A stretch of DNA of 64,000 nucleotides from assembly GCA_964384995.1 (NCBI GenBank), contig CAYLMJ010000001.1, positions 100,408 through 164,407 on the forward strand, given 5' to 3'. Of the stretch, positions 45,101 to 54,375 are shown piece by piece. Origin of the DNA: an uncultured archaeon (GTDB taxonomy: Archaea > Thermoplasmatota > Poseidoniia > MGIII > CAYLMJ01). The notes beneath the pieces are model-generated. The model worked only from the letters and a program-made list of their open reading frames with translations. It was not told the DNA's origin and searched no databases. Each line of letters opens with the position of its first letter. Positions within the stretch are counted from its first letter, which is position 1. The position numbers and the translations under genes were made by a program.

Positions 45101-46383
45101 TGGATGGACGCCACTACCGTGTGGACACCGCCAGTTTCAGCCTGGCCCTGTCGGGAGGCCTGGGTCCGGTGGACTCCACCGACCCGCTGGTGGTTGCCGG
45201 GAGCCAGGACATCACATCCACGGCGCCGGTGCCAGTCAACGACCCCCATCGCTTCCGCATCTACGCCACCTACGACGAGAAGATCCTGGAGCAATCCTAC
45301 TGGGTGAGCGCGCCCAAGGGCTGGAAGTACCTGGGCGACAACGACCCGGATAACATCGCGGTATCGGGGACAGACCCGGTGCGGGTGGACCCCAAGGGCG
45401 ACCCAAAGCCCTGGGACGATATCTTCGAGGTCCTGGTGGACCTGGAGTTCGAGACCGACCTGCCCCGGCTGATGGTCGAGTGGGCGCCCATGTTCCCGGA
45501 CAACACCACCAACCTCTCGTTCAACGTGACCGCCCTGGGACTGCCGATGCAGGGAGCTCAGCTGACTGTCACTGGTTTCGCCAACGCCACGGTGATGGCC
45601 AGCCAGCTGTCCAACGCAACGGGTTCCGTGCTCACCGGCCCGATGCCGCCGGGTGACTACTGGGTGGAGGTGACCAAGGCCGATCACATCGCCGCCAAGG
45701 AGCTGTTGATGGTCCTGGAAAAGGGAGCCCAGCTGCCCCTGAACATCAGCTACCTGCCCCAGTTGCCCGACGATCGGACCGAGGTGACCATCACCCTGAG
45801 GAACGTGACCTCCCACGCCGTGGTGACGGGAGCCAAGGTGGAGGTGGTGCGCATCGTCGACTACGCCTCGATGTGGAACGGCACCACCGACGGCTTCGGA
45901 CAGGTCGCCGCGACCCTGCCGGCGGGAGAGTACCTCATCAACGCCACGGCTCTCGGCTACTCCAACACCTCCCGGGTCCTGCAGGTCCTGGAAGCCTTGA
46001 AGCGGTTGAACATCACCATCGACCCCCTCTACCCCACCATCGGCATGGGCATCAGTGTCCTGGTGGTGGATGACCTGGGCGCCCTGGTGGCCAACGCCAC
46101 GCTGATCATCACCCGGGTCAACAACGACTACGAGGTCTGGAATGGCACCACCGACGCCAACGGCACGGCCTTCCTGCCGGGGAGCCTGGGCCTGGAGGGT
46201 CAGTATCGCCTCACCGCCGAGTATCCGGGCTACGAGAACGACACCTACATGCTGACCATCCATCCCCACGACGAGCACAACCCCGAGCGGGAGGGTGACT
46301 CCTTCCTGCCGGGCCTGGGAGGCCTGATGGCCGCGCTGGCCATGATTGGGGTGGCCACGGTGATGGGCAGACGGAGACGGTAG
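42169..46383 (+). CDS. Surface glycoprotein with about 10 carboxypeptidase-regulatory-like (prealbumin-fold) repeats and PGF-CTERM-like C-terminus
   Basis: Repeats of the form G.V.D..G.PL.GA.V....TNATG.Y....L..G.Y.L.V.A.GY; C-terminus FLPGLGGLMAALAMIGVATVMGRRRR. Likely start GTG 42169 after GGTGA (track start 42121). Confidence 0.85.
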   Translation: MPKRLAGFSGSGSRMALALAILMIAGGLAPLASAWHHGGSPPTEFWYHGRVLDDDTGGGLANATLTLRDPWDQVQATYTSGPGGNFGGLLPMGDYRVRIEVQGYYGLDSWMGEWWSDQRHEEYRLFPLPAPNATLSGHINDTSGLPLAGVEVVLNQNNLWHHHGQLYHSRVVTNATGNYSFSMAAGDYNLEVRLADHFHEGWGFTAFNGSAYHQNFSLQSYTETAQVKGYLREPDSSPALPAQIELHREWGYHNQSHSDSTGYYQMMVAPGNYTGYNTWGEGYQWQDNWSLSLNLTAGSTTWLNVTLQLAPDEIFVSGTVYDEFKQPVPNAIVKVVKRQTFNGPSPGQYVKMTAVHNTTTSLTNGNFLLHTYRWGDQHLEVTAPGYYSTQEWWYDSARNNSLLELFIGPAPNATISGRVTYPNGTGAANHFVEFQQIHDGGDPDWVWLNNATHTNATGHYTMDYWALRTEVWVHDNESHRFGRYEYYQHPHTFPTGSSTYDITLAHSSENNIVRGWVNRSNGMGLANISVYGSNWWGFEETTTNATGYYELNMVSSRENWLDVWYRPRPWEYPKLEEGYNQFYFADGGETIDFNITLLRRSDAVEDATVHGQVLAHPGGTPLGNAQVRVNSLNEEHRWWSNWTHANATGHYQMDLPGGEFEIWADSPGYMPNRTRSYVESGSTTSEDLTLSPYPPLDATLKGYVKDAVGDPLKGLLFWGLMMDKRLTHMRDHGGSLAPMFDNFENYAFESTFSSNATGYYELAVPAGRIYTGVFDLSGTAEGSQTNFVDITAGGVMWLNYTLANYTAPSYTISGQVLDEWGDPLDWDTEVLLLKRGDFRGDTGLHLGHNGTFSFPVTPGEYVLLVDRFDRNCLIENVTITTSNYYTTFTLYYPNTTLLDRGVDFPDSDDWDNGTLYVNVTTYEDVMLARFMVDYYLGDSDGTIDLTEALQVQDDLFWDLYGSQPSLLPGGTSHNAFNLDGRHYRVDTASFSLALSGGLGPVDSTDPLVVAGSQDITSTAPVPVNDPHRFRIYATYDEKILEQSYWVSAPKGWKYLGDNDPDNIAVSGTDPVRVDPKGDPKPWDDIFEVLVDLEFETDLPRLMVEWAPMFPDNTTNLSFNVTALGLPMQGAQLTVTGFANATVMASQLSNATGSVLTGPMPPGDYWVEVTKADHIAAKELLMVLEKGAQLPLNISYLPQLPDDRTEVTITLRNVTSHAVVTGAKVEVVRIVDYASMWNGTTDGFGQVAATLPAGEYLINATALGYSNTSRVLQVLEALKRLNITIDPLYPTIGMGISVLVVDDLGALVANATLIITRVNNDYEVWNGTTDANGTAFLPGSLGLEGQYRLTAEYPGYENDTYMLTIHPHDEHNPEREGDSFLPGLGGLMAALAMIGVATVMGRRRR

Positions 46384-46522
46384 AGCTCGAGTCGTCGGTC
46401 AAGGAACAGAGGCTCCCGAGGGGCGATCCCCCGGGCAAAGGCCAGACCCGGTCCGCATCAGGCCCGCATCGGGTCCACACCAGCCAAATCATTAAGGTCC
46501 AAAACCCCATGTCCGCCCGCTC

Positions 46523-47767
46523 ATGGCTTTCCAACCGACCTTCAACCTTTGCCTGCTCCTGCTATTTGGCGGCGTGGTGGCCCTGGTGGCCCTCTGCACC
46601 GTCAGCTTCACCCCCGACCTGCAGCAGCAGACCTTCAGTCCCGGCGAGTGCGAGGGCTGTCACAACAGCTTCGTGCCCCTGGAGATGGAGGTGGAAGTGG
46701 AGCGGGTCAACGAGGACTGGCCGGCCTACACAGTCGCGGTGGAGGTGCGCAACCCCGACGAGCACGATGTTAGAGACCTCAGCCTCACCCTGCTAAATGA
46801 CATCGGCAAGAATGGGACGGGGCAGACCGACCTGAACGGCATCGTCCCGGTGCTGGGGACCGAGACCGAGACCGTCGAGGTGGAGACCGATGTGATCAGG
46901 CTGGACATCTGGCTCGACGGGGATGATGGCTCGACCGGGACCAACGACCTCGATATGGAGGTCACCGGCCCATCGGGTGGCTACTGGAGCTCTGCCGGCG
47001 CGGGACCGGACGAGGAGGTCCACATCCAGGCCGATGCCCTGGCGGAGGAGGGGCCCGGCACCTACACCATCGATATCGCCTGGTTCAGCGGCGACGGTCC
47101 GATACAGTACGATCTTCTGGTGGAATGGGAGTATGGCCAGGCGCCCCTTGAGAGGCAGGGGCGGAACCTCCATGAGGGACGCTCGCAGACCTTCAACTGG
47201 TACCTCAACATGACCCCCGAGCAGGTGGACAACCTCTCGTTCGAGGCCAACCTGGTGGCCCAGTACGACCACGATGACACCGGTCCTGACGAGCAGGCGT
47301 ACACCCTCCGGTACCGGGAGGGCACCCTTGTGACCCATGAACCCAGGGACTTTGGCAGGCTGGGACTGGGTCAGGCGCTGGGCATCACCATGCTGGTCCT
47401 GGTGGTTGTGAGCACGATCAGTGGGTTCTACGCCGCCTCACGCCTGCCGGTACCCGAATGGTTTGCAAATGCTCCCAGGAAACGGCGTTATCGAGGTCAC
47501 ACCATCGCCAGCCTGCTCCTGCCATTGCTGGCCCTGCCCCATGCCCTGGCATTGCAACTGGGCATCTACTCGGGCACTCCCAAGGGACTGCTCAGCGGCC
47601 TGCTCACAATGGTGGTCCTTGTCGTCCTATCGGTCATCACCCTGGACATGAAGCGGCTCTCCCGGCGCTGGGGCTTTGAGCAGTGGCAATGGGTCCACCG
47701 GGGCCTCATCGTGGTCTTCCTGCTCCTGCTGGCCAACCACATCCTGAAGATAGCCACCCATCTGTGA
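46523..47767 (+). CDS. Putative CxxCH (heme c) + PPC-like domain + ferric-reductase/cytochrome b-like TM domain fusion
   Basis: Signal/TM, then CEGCH at aa 43-47; PPC-like DLDMEVTGPSG..SSAGAGPDEEVHI...GTYTIDI; four C-terminal TMs with two H-x13-H pairs (GHTIASLLLPLLALPH, VHRGLIVVFLLLLANH). Confidence 0.7.
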   Translation: MAFQPTFNLCLLLLFGGVVALVALCTVSFTPDLQQQTFSPGECEGCHNSFVPLEMEVEVERVNEDWPAYTVAVEVRNPDEHDVRDLSLTLLNDIGKNGTGQTDLNGIVPVLGTETETVEVETDVIRLDIWLDGDDGSTGTNDLDMEVTGPSGGYWSSAGAGPDEEVHIQADALAEEGPGTYTIDIAWFSGDGPIQYDLLVEWEYGQAPLERQGRNLHEGRSQTFNWYLNMTPEQVDNLSFEANLVAQYDHDDTGPDEQAYTLRYREGTLVTHEPRDFGRLGLGQALGITMLVLVVVSTISGFYAASRLPVPEWFANAPRKRRYRGHTIASLLLPLLALPHALALQLGIYSGTPKGLLSGLLTMVVLVVLSVITLDMKRLSRRWGFEQWQWVHRGLIVVFLLLLANHILKIATHL

Positions 47768-47837
47768 GCCGCCGGGGTGGGACCTGCCGGTCAGCATCAA
47801 CGTATGGAAGGGGCAACCTTTCAGGCAAAGGCGCAGT

Positions 47838-48038
47838 TCAATCCTTCTTGCCCTTCTTGCCGTTCCCGTTCTGCATGCCCAGGGCCTTGATCAGGAACTC
47901 CTGCTCCCGGGTGCGGTGATAGCAGGTCTGGCAGTAGAAGACTTCCTCATTATTGCGGTCCTTAACCAGGTTCTTGGGGGTACCGCAGGAAACGCAAGTG
48001 TGCTGGACCAGCGTAGGCTCGGGTGTCGGTTCTGACAT
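47838..48038 (-). CDS. Small standalone Zn-finger protein
   Basis: MSEPTPEPTLVQHTCVSCG...FYCQTCYHR...; SD-like GAGGGAG upstream; basic C-terminus. Confidence 0.65.
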   Translation of the reverse strand: MSEPTPEPTLVQHTCVSCGTPKNLVKDRNNEEVFYCQTCYHRTREQEFLIKALGMQNGNGKKGKKD

Positions 48039-48182
48039 GGAAGCTCCCTCGATCGGAGGCAAAAGGCCCCCGAATCGATTAAAGGCTGTGGTGAGTTAGG
48101 TATTTACCAGTATTTACGTTCTACTGATGGTTCTTGGATATGGATGATGAACGCTGAACAAGGAGTGCAGAGGGACCCGAAC

Positions 48183-49139
48183 CTACAGGATGTCCCTGGG
48201 GTCCATCCGAATGGTGATGGTCCCCCTAACCACCTGTCCAAGATGCTCCTCCACCCGCACTCCCAGATCGTGGGCCTCCTTGATGGTGAGAGCGGGATCG
48301 ACACCGATGTGGAGGGTGACGGCCCGGGAGCTCCCGTAGTCGTGGACCCAGATGCGGTGGGGGGCATGGACTCCCTCGATCTCCAGGGCCGCTTTCACGA
48401 TCCTCGCCTCCAGCTCACTGGAGGGCTCCCGTCCCATCAGCATCCTGGCCGCCTCCGAGCCGATATCGAAACCCGAGTATATCACGAAGATCCCGACTGC
48501 CAGGGCCATCAGATCGTCGGAGACCTCGAGACCGGCCCAGACCCCGACCAGGCCCAGGGCAACGCCCAGGGAGGTGATGGCATCCAGACGATGGTGGAGA
48601 GCGTCGGCCTGGATCAGGCGTGAGTCCTCATCCCTCCCCAGCTTGAAGATGTACTGGGCCATGGCCTCCTTGAAGGCCGCGGTGATAAGCACCAGGACCA
48701 GGATACCGGGACCCACCTGGACATCACGCGTGGTGCCTTCCCACAGGCTGGAAAGGGCGGTGCGTCCCACCTCGAAGCCTATGACTATCAGGAAGACGGC
48801 CAGCACCAGGGTGCCGATGTACTCGGCCCGGCCATGACCAAAGGGGTGGTGATCGTCCGGGGCCTTGGCCGCGGCCCAGAGACCCAGGAGGACCAGCAAG
48901 GTGGTGAAACTGTCGGAGAGTGAGTGGAAGCCGTCGGCCACAACCGAGAGGGAGTTGATATGCCAACCCAGGCCCAGTTTAACGATGAAGAGGATGCCGT
49001 TGCCGGCCAGTCCGATAACCACCGCCTGGCGGGCACTGGGCGAGAGACGGGAGAGCAGACCCCTCAGGGAGGGGCGTGAAGTGCTGGACCTCGCGACCGA
49101 GGTATCATCCTGTTCGATCTGGTCTCCCGGGGGTACCAT
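48183..49139 (-). CDS. Cation diffusion facilitator (FieF/YiiP-like) transporter
   Basis: ADGFHSLSD; PDDHHPFGHGRAEY; ADALHHRLD; C-terminal dimerisation domain LHIGVD...EAHDL...IRMDP. Confidence 0.92.
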   Translation of the reverse strand: MVPPGDQIEQDDTSVARSSTSRPSLRGLLSRLSPSARQAVVIGLAGNGILFIVKLGLGWHINSLSVVADGFHSLSDSFTTLLVLLGLWAAAKAPDDHHPFGHGRAEYIGTLVLAVFLIVIGFEVGRTALSSLWEGTTRDVQVGPGILVLVLITAAFKEAMAQYIFKLGRDEDSRLIQADALHHRLDAITSLGVALGLVGVWAGLEVSDDLMALAVGIFVIYSGFDIGSEAARMLMGREPSSELEARIVKAALEIEGVHAPHRIWVHDYGSSRAVTLHIGVDPALTIKEAHDLGVRVEEHLGQVVRGTITIRMDPRDIL

Positions 49140-49269
49140 CGTCCAGACATTTCACATTCGGCTTAAGGGGTTTTGGATGTTGGATGGAACCAATTTGACC
49201 CGATCTCGGGTGAACGAACCCGATCAGGAGGTATCTTTCCGCCGGGGACCGACCGATGAGGCAGTGCTC

Positions 49270-49554
49270 CTAGTTCATGGGCCGAAGGTAGCTGATGGTG
49301 CAGGTACCGTCATCATCGCATGAGAGCTGGATGGGCCGCTGGGAGAGATTGGCGATGGTATGCTCGGTCTCCATGGGGATGGTTATCCTCGATCCGGTAT
49401 CCTCGATGATCTTGGGTAGGGGTCGGGAATCCACTCTCAGACCGATGCGCCCCTCCACCAGGTTGAGGACGTAGTTGAAGGGGTGTTGATGGTTCCAGCA
49501 CTCGCCGGGAAGCAGACGGACCTGGGGGCCGTAACCTACGAGTATCTCAGACAT
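49270..49554 (-). CDS. Small cupin-like protein
   Basis: LLPGECWNHQHPF..VLNLVEG.....GSRITIPMETEHTIAN fits the two cupin motifs; TATA-like tract near 49575-49590. Confidence 0.55.
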   Translation of the reverse strand: MSEILVGYGPQVRLLPGECWNHQHPFNYVLNLVEGRIGLRVDSRPLPKIIEDTGSRITIPMETEHTIANLSQRPIQLSCDDDGTCTISYLRPMN

Positions 49555-49840
49555 GCAGGCTAATCTCGTCCTTGATAATATTTAAAATCTTTAACCCCCG
49601 GCCGGGAACCGGCGGGCCCTTGCTCTTGCATGGGGAGGCCAGTGTGACCATGGGAAGCGATGGCTCTGGGAAGGCCAATGAAAGGAACTGGGGCCATGGC
49701 CGGGCAAGACATGGCAAGGCAAATGGAGGCTGGCGAGCGAACACCCATCGTTCCGTTCCGGTCGTTTCGATTCGTCTCCACATCCTTTATTATCCCGGCC
49801 GGGTCATTGTCACCCACGAGGAGCCAAAGGCAGGTATCCC

Positions 49841-50683
49841 ATGGAGATCATCAGAGCCGACGAAGTGACCAAGATCTACGACACCGGCGAGGTCCGGGTG
49901 GAGGCCCTGCGAGGCCTGTCGCTGTCCATTCGCAAGGGCGAGATGGTGGCGGTCATGGGCCCCTCGGGCTGTGGCAAGACCACCCTGCTCAACTGCCTTT
50001 CGGGCATCGACGATGTCACCTCGGGCACCGTGACCATCGAGGGCACCCGCCTGGAGGCCATGGACGATCGGGCCCGCACCCTCTACCGGGCCCAGCGCAT
50101 GGGCTTCGTCTTCCAGCTCTACAACCTCCTGCCGGTCCTGTCGGCGGTGGAGAACGTGGAGCTGCCCCTGCTCCTGGGCGGCATGGCCCCCTCCGAGGCC
50201 CGGGCCCAGGCCACCGACATGCTGGAGATGGTGGGTCTGGCCGGCTGGGAGGCCCACAAGCCGGCCCAGCTCTCGGGGGGTCAGCGCCAGCGGGTGACCA
50301 TCGCCAGGGCCCTGGTGAACAACCCCGCCATCGTCTGGGCCGACGAGCCCACCGGCGACCTGGACTCCAAGATGGCCCAGGAGGTCATGGACATCATGTG
50401 CCAGCTAAACCGGGAAAAGGGACAGACCTTCGTGGTGGTGACCCACGCCCGGAGCGTGGCCGCCAGGGCCCACCGGACCCTGCTCATGGCCGACGGCCGG
50501 GTGGTGGACGAGGTCATCAACGAGGGCGGATGCCAGGAGGAGGCCAACGCGATCGGGGCCGTCCAAGATAATGAGGATCCAGCAGATATTGCAGATACAG
50601 CAGAGGCCGACAAGGAAGCAGGGGCAGGCGGTGAAGGGCGACGGGAGCCTGGAACTGCCCCGGGTGAGGCAGAGGAGGTCTGA
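49841..50683 (+). CDS. ABC transporter ATP-binding protein (LolD/MacB/SalX type)
   Basis: Walker A GPSGCGKT; Q-loop GFVFQ; signature LSGGQRQR; DEPTGDLD; H-loop VVVTH; acidic C-terminal extension. Confidence 0.95.
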   Translation: MEIIRADEVTKIYDTGEVRVEALRGLSLSIRKGEMVAVMGPSGCGKTTLLNCLSGIDDVTSGTVTIEGTRLEAMDDRARTLYRAQRMGFVFQLYNLLPVLSAVENVELPLLLGGMAPSEARAQATDMLEMVGLAGWEAHKPAQLSGGQRQRVTIARALVNNPAIVWADEPTGDLDSKMAQEVMDIMCQLNREKGQTFVVVTHARSVAARAHRTLLMADGRVVDEVINEGGCQEEANAIGAVQDNEDPADIADTAEADKEAGAGGEGRREPGTAPGEAEEV

Positions 50684-50686
50684 CCC

Positions 50687-53600
50687 GTGGTGAGCCCGGT
50701 GACCCTGCTGCTCCTGGTCACGTTCGTGACCGCCGGAGCCGTGGGTCTCCAGGCTCTGAGACAGCCCCGCCTCTTCTCCATGGCCTGGCGCAACATCCTG
50801 CGCCGCAAGTCCAACGCGGCTCTGGTGGTGGGCGGCCTGCTCATCGGCACGGCCATCATCTCGGGTTCCCTGGTGATGGGCGACACCCTGGAGAACATCT
50901 TCGTCTCCGAGGTCTACTGGTTCACCGGGGAGAACGACCTGCTGGTCTACGGTTTCGACCCGACCGGCGGTTTCAAGACCTTCAACGAGACCTACTTCGA
51001 TGAGCTGGCGGCCAACGGTTCGATCCAGGACCTGCGGCGAACAGGTGACATAGACGGCCTGGCCCCCATCCTGCTGAAGGAAGGGGCCATCATCCTGCTC
51101 AATGGGACCGATGAGTGGACCCAGGGCGAACCCCGCATCAATGTCATCGGCATCGACCCGGCGGCCGAGCAGACCTTCGGCGACCGGCCCCTGGCCAACA
51201 TCGATCACGGTTCCGGCGAGGGTGTGGCCCTGAACTTCATGCTGGCCGACGAGCTGGGAGCCGCAGTGGGTGACCGGCTGCTGCTCTTCCCCGGCCGGGA
51301 GGACCTGCCCGCCGATCTCAACATCTCAGTGGAGGTGACCCGGGTCTACCCCGAGGAGCACGGCGACGCCGACCTGCTGGGGGGCATGAACTGCTTCATG
51401 GAGCTGACCGCGGCCCAGGAGCTCTACAACCTCACCGGCCGCATCAACGGCATCCGCATCTCCACCGAGGGCGGCATCCGCAACGAGGCCAGGGGCACCG
51501 GGACGGTCCATCGAGCGGTCAACGACACCCTCAACGATCTGGTGACCCTGGATGACCTGGGTCTCTCCCTGGCCATGGACGACCTGACCCTGCTGATCAC
51601 CGAGACCCTGCTGGGCGAGGACTTCCTTCAGCGGCTGGAGGAGCGGGAGGAGGTGACCAGTGTCCTGCCCCTGCTGACGGTGCCGGTGGCCATAGGCGAT
51701 GACCAAGGCAATGGCAGTGATGATGGGAATGGAAGCACCAACGGCAGTTCCCATGGCTCGGGCCAGGCCCTGCCCCTGATGCTCCTGGGCGCCGACCTGG
51801 AGGAGGTCCTCCAACCCGGCATCCTGTACACCTCCAGTGAACTGGCGGTCCATTACAACCTCTCCAACGCTACCAATCTCACCAGCCTCCTCACCGGGTC
51901 CAACTTCTCCCTCACCGTGGAGACCCTAAACCTGACCGAGCTGGGACTGGCCCTGCCTCCTGACGCGGGTCTCATCGGTGTGGTCCAGGGCGATACGGCC
52001 CGCTCCGTGCTCTTTGGCCAGACCGATTTCGTGGCCTACAATGGCGTGCTCCTGACCGCCGCCCCCGGCGCCAACGGCTCCGCCATCCTGGCCCAGGAGA
52101 TAACCCTGGCCGAGATGGGTCTGGAGACCCACCGGTTCAAGGAGGAGTTCCTGGAGATAGCGGAGAACGCCGCCGAGATGATAACCCAGATCTTCCTGGT
52201 GCTGGGCCTCTTCTCCATCGCCGCCGGCATCATGCTCATCATCAACATCTTCGTGATGCTGGCCTCGGAGCGCAGGGGCGAGATGGGCATCTCCCGGGCC
52301 CTGGGCATGCAGCGGACCCATCTGCTCCAGATCTTCCTCTTCGAGGGCACCATCTACGCCGTCCTGGCGGCGGGCGCGGGAACCCTGATGGGCATCGGCG
52401 TGGGCTTCGTCATCATCCAGGCCTTCAGCTACATCTTCGCCGAGGGACAGCCCATCGGCGAGCTCTTCACCTACACCGGGCAGAGCCTGACCCTGGCCTT
52501 TGCCGCCGGGATGCTGGTGACCACCCTGACGGTGTTGGTGGCCTCATGGAAGGTCTCCAAGCTCAACATCGTCACCGCCATCCGCAACATCCCCGAGGGG
52601 CTCAAGGCCACCACCAACCTCCAGCGCCTCGGCGGTGTGGGCCTGGCGGTGGGGGTCCTGTTCACCCTGGTTGGCTTCAGCACCACCAACTACACCCTCA
52701 TCATCATGGGCCCCTGCCTGGCCGCCCTGGGAGCCATCCCCCTGGCCATCAGATGGAGCAGGTCCGCGGACCAGGCCATGTTCGTCGGCGGTCTCGTCAC
52801 CGCCCTCTGGGCCCTGGACCCCCTGCGGCTGGCCATGGATGACGACAACTTCGTGCGCTTCTTCTCCGACGGCATGCTGCTGGTGACCGGGGGACTGCTG
52901 ATGCTGCTCTCCCAGACCCATCGCATCCTGAGGTTCCTGGACTGGCTCACCGCCCGCTCCAAGTACACGGCCCTGTTCAAGACCGGCCTGGCCTATCCCC
53001 TGCACAACCGCTTTCGCACGGGCATGACCCTGGCCATGTTCGCCCTGATCATCTTCACCGTCACCACCATCTCCCTGTGGCAGTCCATCTTCGCCTCCTC
53101 CAACAGCGAGTTCATGGAACGTGAATCCGGGGGCTACCAGATAATTGCCTTCCTCAATCCCGACGTGGAGGTGGACCTGGAGGCCGAGCTGGCCGCCACC
53201 GAGAACGAACGGCTGAAAGGCCTGGCTCCTCTTGACGAGGGGGGTGCGGTGGGCCTGCTCAGGGTCCACATGGCCAACATCGAGCTGCACCAGGGGGCCA
53301 ATCAGCGGGTCTCCAACCTCTACGGCGTGGACGGTGAATGGCTAACCCATTCGGAGTACACCTTCGCCATAGACCACGATACCGAGGAGGAGGTCTACGC
53401 CAGGGGCTTTTCCTACTTGGACCGGGAGGGGGTGGAGCACACCATCGAGGAGCCCGGCGATGTCTGGAACGCTATGGCCCGCAACGACACCCTCTTCGTG
53501 GGCGATGGATCCTTCCTCTGGGTCCAGGGGGAGGAGGAGGCCGGTCCGCCCCAGGCGACCGAGATCGAGGTGGGTGACGAGGTGCAGGTGGAGGTGGGCG

Positions 53601-54250
53601 GCCTGGCCCGCAACGGCACCCTCATCGGCATCCTCCAGCAGGAGTGGTTCCTTCACGGTCTTTTCGTCAACGCCACCTTCGCCGCCCAGTTCGGCGCCGA
53701 CTCCCCCGAGGTCTACCTCTTCCGCCTGCAGGACCCCAGCCTGGACAACAGCGTGAGACTGGCCGAGGCCCTGGAGGAGGAGTACATCCTCTACGGCACC
53801 GACACGATGGTCATCGAGGAGGAGATCAACGAGGGCCTCAAGCAGTTCCAGCAGATAATGAACCTGGTGCAAGGCTTCCTGGGCCTTGGGCTCATCGTGG
53901 GCATCGCCGGCCTGGGCATCATCGCGGTGCGGGCGGTCCACGAGCGCTTCCACGAGATCGGGGTCATGCGGGCCATCGGCTACACCCGGGAGTCGGTCAT
54001 GGGCACCTTCGTGGTGGAGGTGAGCTTTGTGGCCCTGCTGGGCATCCTCCTGGGGGTGGTGCTGGGTCTGCTCTCAATGTACAACGTCTTCCTCTCCATC
54101 CCCGACGAGGAGGGCTTCAAGTTCGTTGTGGACTGGCTCAAGCTCACCATCATCATGTCCATCGCCTACATCGCATCACTCCTGGCGGCTATCGGCCCCT
54201 CGCGAGCGGCGGCCCGGGTGGCCCCGGCCGAGGCCCTGCGGTACGAATGA
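50687..54250 (+). CDS. ABC transporter permease with two FtsX-like domains (type VII/MacB-LolE family)
   Basis: SERRGEMGISRALG and HERFHEIGVMRAIG motifs; two large extracellular domains; C-terminal PSRAAARVAPAEALRYE. Confidence 0.92.
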   Translation: MVSPVTLLLLVTFVTAGAVGLQALRQPRLFSMAWRNILRRKSNAALVVGGLLIGTAIISGSLVMGDTLENIFVSEVYWFTGENDLLVYGFDPTGGFKTFNETYFDELAANGSIQDLRRTGDIDGLAPILLKEGAIILLNGTDEWTQGEPRINVIGIDPAAEQTFGDRPLANIDHGSGEGVALNFMLADELGAAVGDRLLLFPGREDLPADLNISVEVTRVYPEEHGDADLLGGMNCFMELTAAQELYNLTGRINGIRISTEGGIRNEARGTGTVHRAVNDTLNDLVTLDDLGLSLAMDDLTLLITETLLGEDFLQRLEEREEVTSVLPLLTVPVAIGDDQGNGSDDGNGSTNGSSHGSGQALPLMLLGADLEEVLQPGILYTSSELAVHYNLSNATNLTSLLTGSNFSLTVETLNLTELGLALPPDAGLIGVVQGDTARSVLFGQTDFVAYNGVLLTAAPGANGSAILAQEITLAEMGLETHRFKEEFLEIAENAAEMITQIFLVLGLFSIAAGIMLIINIFVMLASERRGEMGISRALGMQRTHLLQIFLFEGTIYAVLAAGAGTLMGIGVGFVIIQAFSYIFAEGQPIGELFTYTGQSLTLAFAAGMLVTTLTVLVASWKVSKLNIVTAIRNIPEGLKATTNLQRLGGVGLAVGVLFTLVGFSTTNYTLIIMGPCLAALGAIPLAIRWSRSADQAMFVGGLVTALWALDPLRLAMDDDNFVRFFSDGMLLVTGGLLMLLSQTHRILRFLDWLTARSKYTALFKTGLAYPLHNRFRTGMTLAMFALIIFTVTTISLWQSIFASSNSEFMERESGGYQIIAFLNPDVEVDLEAELAATENERLKGLAPLDEGGAVGLLRVHMANIELHQGANQRVSNLYGVDGEWLTHSEYTFAIDHDTEEEVYARGFSYLDREGVEHTIEEPGDVWNAMARNDTLFVGDGSFLWVQGEEEAGPPQATEIEVGDEVQVEVGGLARNGTLIGILQQEWFLHGLFVNATFAAQFGADSPEVYLFRLQDPSLDNSVRLAEALEEEYILYGTDTMVIEEEINEGLKQFQQIMNLVQGFLGLGLIVGIAGLGIIAVRAVHERFHEIGVMRAIGYTRESVMGTFVVEVSFVALLGILLGVVLGLLSMYNVFLSIPDEEGFKFVVDWLKLTIIMSIAYIASLLAAIGPSRAAARVAPAEALRYE

Positions 54251-54375
54251 GGGTGAAGCTTGGACAAGGTCCAACGGTGCAGGAGTGATCTTTTAGGGTG
54301 ATATGGGAGCCTGGATCGGGCCTTCTGTCACCCCCAATATTTATCACCTGACCATTTACCCCCCCCGGTGCCCTA

